In this document: one piece after another, positions 19,291-27,309 of the stretch
Layout of the letters: each line of letters opens with the position of its first letter
How positions within the stretch are numbered: the first letter of the stretch is position 1
From: an uncultured archaeon
Lineage (GTDB): Archaea > Asgardarchaeota > Lokiarchaeia > Sigyniarchaeales > SOKP01
DNA: 32,672 nucleotides
Assembly: GCA_964493715.1 (NCBI GenBank)
Contig: CAZBPC010000031.1
Coordinates: forward strand, 1-32,672
Direction: 5' to 3'
Notes under the pieces: model-generated
The model's input: the letters and a program-made list of their open reading frames with translations, nothing else
Told to the model about the DNA's origin: nothing
Database searches by the model: none
Translations under genes and position numbers: made by a program

Positions 19291-20547
19291 ATGAGTAAAG
19301 ATATTAATCCATTAGATGTGGCAAAAGCTCAAATTGACATAGTAGCCAAAGAAATTGGTTTAGAACCTAAATTGAGCGAATATCTAAAAAGAATTGAAAG
19401 AGCATTAATAGTCACGATTCCTATTTTGATGGATGATGGTTCAATGCGAATATTTGAAGGATATCGAGTCCACCATTCAACGGTGCGTGGTCCGGGAAAA
19501 GGAGGCATACGATTTTCTCCATATGTCTATCTTGATGAAGTAAAAGCGCTTGCAACTTGGATGACGTGGAAAACAAGTCTCCTGAACCTTCCATTAGGAG
19601 GCGCTAAAGGGGGTGTGTGTGTGGACCCCAAAAAGCTATCGAGTAGAGAACTTGAACGATTAACTCGAAGATTTACAGCAGAGATAATTAATTTCATCGG
19701 TCCAGATATTGATATTCCTGCTCCAGATGTCGGCACGGATAAAAAAATAATGGCTTGGATGATGGATGTATATTCAATGCAAAAAGGTAGAACGATTCCT
19801 GGTGTTGTAACGGGCAAACCAATAGAGATTGGAGGTAGCGTGGGGAGAGAATCTGCTACGGGTATGGGATTATATTTTGTATTGGAAGCTTTATGCGAAA
19901 AAATAGGCTTGAAATTAGAGGATCAATCCATTGTAATACAAGGACTTGGTAATGTTGGGGGTACAATAGCCCAATTACTCCATGATTATGGATGTAAAAT
20001 TCTTGCTGTTTCGGATATATCAACTGCAATTTATAACAAATCGGGATTAAATGTTACTAAATTATTAGATTGGGTAAATCAAGGGAATTACCTCAAGGAT
20101 TTTAAAGAAGAAAACTATCAATTCATTTCTAACGATGAACTTCTCACTTTAAAATGTGATGTGTTAATCCCTGCTGCCATAGAAAATCAAATTACTCAAC
20201 AAAATGCAGATCGTATTAAATGCAAAATTGTACTGGAAGGAGCGAATGGTCCTACTACACCAGAAGCGGATAAAATTCTATATAAAAAAGGGATTCATGT
20301 AATTCCCGATATATTAGCTAACAGTGGAGGTGTTTGTGTATCCTATTTTGAATATATTCAAGATATTCATTCATATTTTTGGAAACTTGAAAGAATCAAT
20401 GAAGAATTAAAGCGAATAATCATCGAAGCGTTTGAAGAAACGCATAAAATATCAAAGGAGCGAAAAATTTCACTTAGAACGGCAGCATACATCATTGCAG
20501 TATCTAGGATCTCCAAAGCTATCGAACTAAGAGGTATTTTCCCTTAA
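19291..20547 (+). CDS. gdhA: Glutamate dehydrogenase (Glu/Leu/Phe/Val family), copy 2
   Basis: [42 protein letters not shown]. Confidence 0.93.
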   Translation: MSKDINPLDVAKAQIDIVAKEIGLEPKLSEYLKRIERALIVTIPILMDDGSMRIFEGYRVHHSTVRGPGKGGIRFSPYVYLDEVKALATWMTWKTSLLNLPLGGAKGGVCVDPKKLSSRELERLTRRFTAEIINFIGPDIDIPAPDVGTDKKIMAWMMDVYSMQKGRTIPGVVTGKPIEIGGSVGRESATGMGLYFVLEALCEKIGLKLEDQSIVIQGLGNVGGTIAQLLHDYGCKILAVSDISTAIYNKSGLNVTKLLDWVNQGNYLKDFKEENYQFISNDELLTLKCDVLIPAAIENQITQQNADRIKCKIVLEGANGPTTPEADKILYKKGIHVIPDILANSGGVCVSYFEYIQDIHSYFWKLERINEELKRIIIEAFEETHKISKERKISLRTAAYIIAVSRISKAIELRGIFP

Positions 20548-20598
20548 TTGATGATATTAAATCATATAATTTTCTTGTTACCCCTTCTTGAACTTTTT

Positions 20599-21963
20599 TT
20601 ATTTTTTAAAAATTGGTAATAAAATCAATATTACAAGACCGATCACGCATCCAATAAATATGATAAGGAATATGACATACATTAATGCTAAAAGATATAA
20701 TAGAGAGAATCCAATATGAATAGTTGCAAACATAGCTCCGGTTTTCAATAATCTTTTGTAGGATAGGTTTTCTACACCAGAATCTTGGGCGACTTTTAAA
20801 GTCATCATATCAGCAGCAGCCCCTTGTGGGATGAGGTTGCCTCCTAAATTAATCGCAATTATGAAAGCAAACAATAAGGGGATCTCTGGGAAGTTAAAAT
20901 CTGATATTAGAGTTTTTATTATTGGTATAAAAATTAATGCTGTTGGAGTGTTAGCAACTACGCCTGAGATGAGACTAACTAATATTAAGAGTATAATTGC
21001 TAAAACGGCTGGATCTAATAACTGAAATGGTATATTATCAAAAATTTCTGTAAAGCCAACCTGACTCATGGCACCTACTATCACATAGAGAGAGATAAAG
21101 AAGAATATAATTTCCCATTCAATATCTTTCAGAAGATCACCCATGAATTTTTTAGTGTATCGTCGATTTGATAATACAAGGATTAAGGCCGCAATAATTG
21201 CTGTTAGATATAACAAAGGGAGTATTACAAAAAGTACTATCGTAATAATAATTCCGACACTATTAAAATAAAACATTTTTTTGTTTTTTATCATTATATC
21301 TGCATCAACTAGTTCTAGTACAAAGGTTTTTTGTTGTTCTTCAATTCGTGGTTCTTTTGATAATAAGAATCTATCAATAAGATAAATGGTCACAAATAAT
21401 AAGAAAAACGAAAATATCCAATATGTTTGGATAAAGTATAAGGTATCAAGAGCAAAAGCACTGGAAATTATAATATTTTCTCCACTCGAGAATGGAGTTA
21501 TGATAGAACCTATATTTATACAAATTGTCATTCCCAATAAATAAGTGCCAGATCGGATTTTTAAGAAATGACAAAGTCGAACTACAACCGGAGCTAAAAT
21601 TAATACTACAACGACATCTGTAATGACTGCTGCTAATAAAGTTGTTATGATGCACAATAGGTATAAAAAAGTTGTTTGGTTTCCTCGTGAAATTTTAAAC
21701 AATTTAACGGCAATATATTCTAATACATTTGAATCTTGGGCAATCTTGGTTATTATACTCATACTTAAAATGATAATAATTGCTTCCCAGTTTACCATGG
21801 CAATAAAATCACCCAATTGAAGTCCAAGCTTTAATCCTGTAATTGTTGCTCCATAAAACATGCATAATAATGAAATTGCCACGAAATCTAAATCTTTGAA
21901 TGAGTAACTAAGTATAATAAGAAAAAACATCAAGAAAAGCAATATTAATAAAGGAAGATCCAT
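20599..21963 (-). CDS. Ion-transporter superfamily permease (ArsB/NhaD/CitMHS/SLC13, P-protein-like)
   Basis: Many hydrophobic segments; internally repeated motifs NIGSIITPFSSGENII and NLGGNLIPQGAAADM; SGVVANTPTALIFIP. Confidence 0.85.
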   Translation of the reverse strand: MDLPLLILLFLMFFLIILSYSFKDLDFVAISLLCMFYGATITGLKLGLQLGDFIAMVNWEAIIIILSMSIITKIAQDSNVLEYIAVKLFKISRGNQTTFLYLLCIITTLLAAVITDVVVVLILAPVVVRLCHFLKIRSGTYLLGMTICINIGSIITPFSSGENIIISSAFALDTLYFIQTYWIFSFFLLFVTIYLIDRFLLSKEPRIEEQQKTFVLELVDADIMIKNKKMFYFNSVGIIITIVLFVILPLLYLTAIIAALILVLSNRRYTKKFMGDLLKDIEWEIIFFFISLYVIVGAMSQVGFTEIFDNIPFQLLDPAVLAIILLILVSLISGVVANTPTALIFIPIIKTLISDFNFPEIPLLFAFIIAINLGGNLIPQGAAADMMTLKVAQDSGVENLSYKRLLKTGAMFATIHIGFSLLYLLALMYVIFLIIFIGCVIGLVILILLPIFKK

Positions 21964-22132
21964 CGATTTTCAGCTTTCTGAATGTAGAAACTTAATAATA
22001 TTTTTAAGAAATAGTTTTTAATAAACCTAATTGAATTGAAAATGAATTTGAAATAAACAGTGTTTGATAAATTTTTTTTCTACTCATGAAGTAAATTGTT
22101 ATGATAGAGGAAATCTGAAATAAATCCGATAT

Positions 22133-22978
22133 CTATTTACGTAAAAACATCTGTATGAGAAATTTAAATAAGTTTAATTCATTTAAGAGGGACATATTCG
22201 ATATTAAGTAATCAAAAATATTTTCTTTAAGAAAATAATGTAAAGATCGTTCGAATCCTTCTTCAATTTTTATCATTTGAGTGATTCTTCTTATTAAATT
22301 AATGATCTGTTTCTCCACGACTAACATATCACAATTACCGGGATTTATGCTAATTATATTAATTCCTGAATTGCGATCAAATGATAATTTACTGAGTTCT
22401 TCATTACCCTTAACATAATCATGGGTTAAATAATTTTCGAACATGTTTTCTATCTTAGCATAAATTTTTTCTTTCTTTAAAGGGGACATATTAGCTTCAA
22501 CAACATTTATTAAGAGATTTAGAATTTGTTGAAATACACCCAAAATATTATAATATTCTGCTAAGCTGGATACTCCTTCTGCAGTGAGCCATTGTTGATA
22601 GTATTCATTAATAGTATCCTTAAAGGGAAGGAAAAGATCAGTATTACCCTTCCATAAGTGCTTCCATTCTTCTCTATCTGGGATATATTGTTGAATAAAA
22701 GCTTGCTTTATAACATTTAGCCTGGCTTTTAAGATATCGGAATTTACCATTTTTTCTGAGGCACCAATAAAAAGTAAGTTTAAATCCTTTTCATCCAAAT
22801 AAACCCAACGCAAACCCCCCATCTCAATACTTTCAATTCCCGATTGAAACTCAAATACCGTAAACTGATTTAAGGCTGCTAACAATCCACTTACGAGATC
22901 TTCATCCAACGATAAATCTAAGTATGATGTATATAATAATGTGATCCCAGACTCAGAATCCAACACCCACACATTCAT
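22133..22978 (-). CDS. Protein with N-terminal longin-like domain and helical C-terminal region
   Basis: MNVWVLDSESGITLLY...DEDLVSGLLAALNQF...IESIEMGGLRWVY...LLFIG matches the beta-beta-alpha-beta-beta-beta-alpha longin pattern. ATG 22978 preferred over 23032. Confidence 0.7.
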   Translation of the reverse strand: MNVWVLDSESGITLLYTSYLDLSLDEDLVSGLLAALNQFTVFEFQSGIESIEMGGLRWVYLDEKDLNLLFIGASEKMVNSDILKARLNVIKQAFIQQYIPDREEWKHLWKGNTDLFLPFKDTINEYYQQWLTAEGVSSLAEYYNILGVFQQILNLLINVVEANMSPLKKEKIYAKIENMFENYLTHDYVKGNEELSKLSFDRNSGINIISINPGNCDMLVVEKQIINLIRRITQMIKIEEGFERSLHYFLKENIFDYLISNMSLLNELNLFKFLIQMFLRK

Positions 22979-23061
22979 CGTAAATATCTCATGCCCATTA
23001 TTTATTCTAATTCTAATAATATAATGTTCCATGTAGAAAAAAATCTTTTGTATTTAAGAGT

Positions 23062-23556
23062 TCATGTATTATCTAGAAATTCATTTAGACTCCTTGTTTT
23101 GCAGTGTTTTTCGAGGTTTCTTAACATATCTGAAACTTTAAGCTGAAACGTCATATCGGCCGCGCCATCTAATAATTTAATGAAATCATTCGTAAAGATA
23201 ATCGTATCTATAAAAATGCCCACTTTTGATTTGGTAGATGATAATGCTTTAATTCGCAATCTTCCTTCTAGTTTTTGAACTTGTTCATTATTTCTAATGT
23301 TTAATTCAATTAAGTGACCTTTTCCTGAATCTTCTCCTTTATCGGAAAGAACCAATTCAGCATCCATCTCAATTGGAACATTAATAAGTTTTATCTGATC
23401 ATGGATTTTGCTATGCATTACATTAGGTGCTATGAATTCTACTTCAATTTTTTGTACAGGAGTGATTTGCTCCCATAAGCTCGGAGTGTAAATTGCTTTT
23501 ATTAAATCATTCTTATTACAATTTTCAATCTCTAAAATTTTTGAGATAGTAGTCAT
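23062..23556 (-). CDS. Hypothetical protein, possible SRPBCC/START (CoxG-like) fold
   Basis: Strand, helix, 'LWEQITP', several strands, then a long C-terminal helix. ATG 23556 preferred. Confidence 0.55.
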   Translation of the reverse strand: MTTISKILEIENCNKNDLIKAIYTPSLWEQITPVQKIEVEFIAPNVMHSKIHDQIKLINVPIEMDAELVLSDKGEDSGKGHLIELNIRNNEQVQKLEGRLRIKALSSTKSKVGIFIDTIIFTNDFIKLLDGAADMTFQLKVSDMLRNLEKHCKTRSLNEFLDNT

Positions 23557-23776
23557 ACTCTTTCTCCTTCTCTCTGCTTTTAATATTAAATTAAAAAGTG
23601 GAAAGTTTTTATTTTTTATCCTTCTAATCAAAACCACTAAACCAGAAGATTAGCCTCAGACTTCCTTTGATTATTTCATGTATATAGACCATAATTCATA
23701 ATCGTTTAATTTCATCATAGGCTTATCATCTTGACCAAATTTAATATTTGTGAAACTTAAGTTTGTAATATAAAAA

Positions 23777-23977
23777 TCAAATAACCCTAAACAATTTACT
23801 ATTTTCTAACTTTAATTCTTTCTTACAGTTGGGACATATCCATGTAGACTCATTTTTTTTAACAGAATTTATACACGTATCACATATTGTGATATCGCAA
23901 ATACAATAATAAGATTTTTCGATACTCTTTTTTAGATCTTTCCCACAAATATAACAATTAGGTGGAGTTGTAGACAT
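23777..23977 (-). CDS. Stand-alone C4C4 RING-finger protein
   Basis: C-x2-C-x13-C-x-C-x4-C-x2-C-x12-C-x2-C (CYIC, CIC, CDTC, CPNC). Confidence 0.8.
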   Translation of the reverse strand: MSTTPPNCYICGKDLKKSIEKSYYCICDITICDTCINSVKKNESTWICPNCKKELKLENSKLFRVI

Positions 23978-24056
23978 TTATATTCTGACCATTAGAGTTT
24001 TATTATTAATTTCTAATATACGTATAGTTTTAAAAATTATATCATTTAACTTCCAT

Positions 24057-24251
24057 ATGATGGATAAATTAAAATCACGTCTTCGGTTATTAAGTCTTAT
24101 AAGCTTATTTTTTATATATAGAGCGATTTCATCTCTGCTTTCAGATAATTTGCCAGAATTCTTATTATGGGTTAGCTTTACCGCTATATATCTAATCTCA
24201 TTGATTATGTTGTATTTTATCTTTAAAAAATCTGGTTCTCAATCAATATAA
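24057..24251 (+). CDS. Small membrane protein (2 TM helices)
   Basis: 64 aa with two hydrophobic segments flanked by basic residues. Confidence 0.6.
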   Translation: MMDKLKSRLRLLSLISLFFIYRAISSLLSDNLPEFLLWVSFTAIYLISLIMLYFIFKKSGSQSI

Positions 24252-24264
24252 TAATTCTACATTA

Positions 24265-24531
24265 TCATTTTCTTTTTTTGAAAAAATCAGGAATAACTCC
24301 ATCAATCCCTAGCGACTTTAATACAGAATCGCGAATATCGATTTGAATTTTCATCTCTTCAATGGTTTTCAGTGTTTCTGATAGTGTTTTTGAAAAATTT
24401 TCGCTTAAATCTCTTATTGTATCAGACATTAACTTCATGGATTCTCTCATGGTACTATTTGTTTCATGCAGCTCTACTGTAAGTTTTTCCATGCTTTTTC
24501 CTAATTCTGACAATTGCTCTTTAATTCCCAT
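24265..24531 (-). CDS. Small coiled-coil protein
   Basis: 88 aa with continuous heptad/hendecad hydrophobic periodicity and a basic C-terminus (FFKKRK). Confidence 0.75.
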   Translation of the reverse strand: MGIKEQLSELGKSMEKLTVELHETNSTMRESMKLMSDTIRDLSENFSKTLSETLKTIEEMKIQIDIRDSVLKSLGIDGVIPDFFKKRK

Positions 24532-24696
24532 GTTTTATTTAGACAATTTATGAGTTTTGAATTAATAATAATAAGAAATATTCCTATATAAAGAATCGAT
24601 TCCACCTCGATAAATGAAATTATCTTTCATAACGAGAAGGCTTAAATGATCTTACTATTTCTAAGATCATAATAACTAATAGAAATTAAGGGAAAA

Positions 24697-24843
24697 ATGT
24701 CAGAGTGGAAGAATAAAATTAAAAATCATGCAACTACACCCGAAGGAGCAGCTTACTGTACAGGATGAGGCATTATAGACGGTATTCTCAATAGTATAAG
24801 CGCTATTAGGCAAAAAAAACAATCCAAAAAATCGAAAAATTAA
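24697..24843 (+). CDS. Candidate small selenoprotein, 48 aa, CxxU motif (TGA 24766-24768 read as Sec)
   Basis: ATG...TAC TGT ACA GGA TGA GGC ATT...TAA gives MSEWKNKIKNHATTPEGAAYCTG(U)GIIDGILNSISAIRQKKQSKKSKN. AAGGGA purine-rich element precedes the ATG, and the ORF fills an otherwise empty gap. Confidence 0.55.
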
Positions 24844-24852
24844 ATAAAACCA

Positions 24853-24918
24853 TTCTCGAAAATAAAACCGACAAATATTAGGGTTTTATTTTTACGGTCC
24901 TGCTCGGACTGGAGAGAA
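24853..24918 (+). promoter_or_regulatory. Three-way-junction-like structure immediately 3' of the candidate selenoprotein gene
   Basis: TTCTC/GAGAA (24853-57/24914-18) closes AAAATAAAACC/GGTTTTATTTT (24859-69/24882-92) and CGGTCC/GGACTG (24895-900/24906-11). Confidence 0.45.
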
Positions 24919-24976
24919 ATTGTTTAATATCTTCTTTTATTTCTAATGAATTTATTTCTAAATAATATTTTTAATG

Positions 24977-26350
24977 CTAATCCTTAATAAATTCATATTG
25001 ACCCGTTCCAACTTTACGATAATTGAATCCTTCCTTCTGCATGTTTTCGCTAATAAAAATATTACGTCCATCAATTACGATTGGTGTATTCATCAATGAT
25101 TTCATCTTTTTAATGTCAATCTCATAATATTGCTTATGGTTTGTGGCAAAGATTAGCACATCCGCTCCGGTAAATGCTTCTTCTAAATTATTGGTTAGCT
25201 TTGTGAGTTGATAATCTTTTTCTTTTACGTAAGGATCATGTGCCATATAAATAATGTTGTGAGAATGGTATCTATTCATGAGAATTTTGATTATATTTTC
25301 AGTAGGAGTGTTTCTGGTGTCATCAGTATTTGCTTTATATGACACGCCCATCAATACTATTTTTATATTATCTACTAATTTATGAGCGGCACGAAATGCA
25401 TCTTCCATCAACTCTACTACATGTTTAGGCATAAAATCATTTAATTCTCTAGAGTCTGGTATGAGTTTGATTTTGTCTTTGTTTTCTGCGGTTGTGTATT
25501 TTTCGTGACCATAAAGTAATAACCATGGATCTTTGGTTAAGCAATGCCCACCCACACCGCTGCCTGGTAGGTGCATCATTCTGTCATGTCGTTTGTTTAT
25601 TAATTCAACGATTTCATATATATCGCTATTAAAATCTTCACATAATAAAGCACATTCGTTCGCAAAAGCAATATTTACATCTCTATATGAATTTTCAATG
25701 CATTTTGTTAATTCTGCTGTAAGTGTATCAGTTATATATAATTCTTTTTTAACGACCTTTCCATAAATAAATTTGGCTTTTTCATTGGCTTTTTTGCATC
25801 CTCCCCCAATAACGCGAGGGAAATGTATAATGTATTCTAATAATTTACCAGGCATTACTCTTTCGAAGGAAAACACCAAGAAGAAATCTTCACCTCTTTT
25901 CAATCCACTCCCTTCTTCTAAAATGGGGTTCACAATATTATTTGTAGTTCCTGGAGCAACAGTCGATTCAATAATAATGGTAACTCCCTTCTTCATGCAT
26001 TTTGCTATTCTTTCAGATACTTCGATTAATGATTCGTATCTTGGAACCTTGCTTTCTAATTCTACAGGAGTTTGCACGTCAACGAGAATGAAATCAGCGT
26101 TCTCACAACTATCGTAATTATCAGTGACATGAAATTTTTTATTTTTGACAATTCGAGTAATTAAGTCGTTTAAACCGGGTTCATCTCCCTCGTATGGGTT
26201 CTTACCACTATTAAGCCAATCAATCTTCCACCCTGATCTAGCTGAACGTCGTTGGATTCCGGTGACATAGAAATCATTAACATCTGCTAGTAAAGCGGCC
26301 ATTGGAATCCCCACATAGCCCATTCCTATAACTACGATATTTGTTGTCAT
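24977..26350 (-). CDS. Nucleotide-sugar dehydrogenase (UDP-ManNAc/UDP-GlcNAc 6-dehydrogenase, WecC/WbpA-like)
   Basis: GMGYVG, IIESTVAPGTT, ENSYRDVNIAFANE, GVGGHCL, YKANTDDTRNTP, IDGRN. Confidence 0.93.
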   Translation of the reverse strand: MTTNIVVIGMGYVGIPMAALLADVNDFYVTGIQRRSARSGWKIDWLNSGKNPYEGDEPGLNDLITRIVKNKKFHVTDNYDSCENADFILVDVQTPVELESKVPRYESLIEVSERIAKCMKKGVTIIIESTVAPGTTNNIVNPILEEGSGLKRGEDFFLVFSFERVMPGKLLEYIIHFPRVIGGGCKKANEKAKFIYGKVVKKELYITDTLTAELTKCIENSYRDVNIAFANECALLCEDFNSDIYEIVELINKRHDRMMHLPGSGVGGHCLTKDPWLLLYGHEKYTTAENKDKIKLIPDSRELNDFMPKHVVELMEDAFRAAHKLVDNIKIVLMGVSYKANTDDTRNTPTENIIKILMNRYHSHNIIYMAHDPYVKEKDYQLTKLTNNLEEAFTGADVLIFATNHKQYYEIDIKKMKSLMNTPIVIDGRNIFISENMQKEGFNYRKVGTGQYEFIKD

Positions 26351-26467
26351 TTCGAATTCTAATCTTTAGAAATATACTTTAAAAAATTAAGTTCAATAAA
26401 CATTCATTATTCAAAAAATTTTATTAAAAAAAAGTAATAAAAAGTTATTTAATCAATTTTTTTTGGT

Positions 26468-27163
26468 TTAAGGTTTCTTTTTCATATATGAACTTCCTTT
26501 TACAGCTTTAAATATCCCTGCGCCTATAACTCCCACAATAAATCCACCGACATGAGCAAAATGGGCGGTTGACCCCATACCAAATGGATTATAGAGAGAA
26601 GCAATGGCATAAGTCATTTCTGCTATAAAATATGTTAATATAAAATAGCCAGCATTTACCTTTCTCATTGACATACCTGTTGCTGATGGAAGATAAAATT
26701 TATTTTTAGGATAAAGAACTAAGTATACTCCCATAAGTCCGAATATTGCTCCTGAAGCTCCTAAAGAAGGTATATCAGACAAATTTATTCCTGGTATAAT
26801 GTCTCCTGTTATAATTATTGTACTCAATGCATGAAGTAAACTACCGAATAAACCCGAAAGTAAGTAAACAATAAGATAATAAATATGACCCATTGCATGT
26901 TCACAGTTGTCAGTTATTACAATGAAAAACCACATATTCATGGTTATATGTACAATGTCAGCATGCATAAACATTGAAGTTAGTAGAGTCCATAATTTTT
27001 GCCCAGCAAAAAATTCAGCGGGTACGAAGGCATACTCAATATGCATCTGACCTGCGGGATCCAATAATTGCCAGATAAAAACGATTATATTTGCAGCTAA
27101 AATTAATACTGAAAAATACTGTTTAAAAAATGGTATTTTATCACTTTCTGCTTCTAAAACCAA
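26468..27163 (-). CDS. Rhomboid family intramembrane serine protease
   Basis: WTLLTSMFMHADIVHITMNM, GASGAIFG, AHFAHVGG (Ser-His dyad). Confidence 0.95.
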   Translation of the reverse strand: MVLEAESDKIPFFKQYFSVLILAANIIVFIWQLLDPAGQMHIEYAFVPAEFFAGQKLWTLLTSMFMHADIVHITMNMWFFIVITDNCEHAMGHIYYLIVYLLSGLFGSLLHALSTIIITGDIIPGINLSDIPSLGASGAIFGLMGVYLVLYPKNKFYLPSATGMSMRKVNAGYFILTYFIAEMTYAIASLYNPFGMGSTAHFAHVGGFIVGVIGAGIFKAVKGSSYMKKKP

Positions 27164-27309
27164 TTCTAACCACTTCTAATTTATTTATTTATCTATAGTT
27201 TTTTTGAATTAGTTGATTTGTATTAGTATTTTATTAATTAATAAATATAGCTGATACTCAATTAATTAGAAATTTATAGATTAAAATATGATTAAATCTT
27301 TATTCATTT

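Noticed and set aside
23640-23779. Readthrough of the RING gene's TGA, or an extra ORF in the gap
   Set aside because: Readthrough adds only 11 residues with no Cys/Sec motif context, and the other frames lack a credible start or motif
24851-24920. Hammerhead ribozyme (GAAA-stem...CTGGAGA)
   Set aside because: The core reads CUGGAGA rather than CUGANGA, those bases are better used in helices, and the UH-to-stem I spacing is wrong
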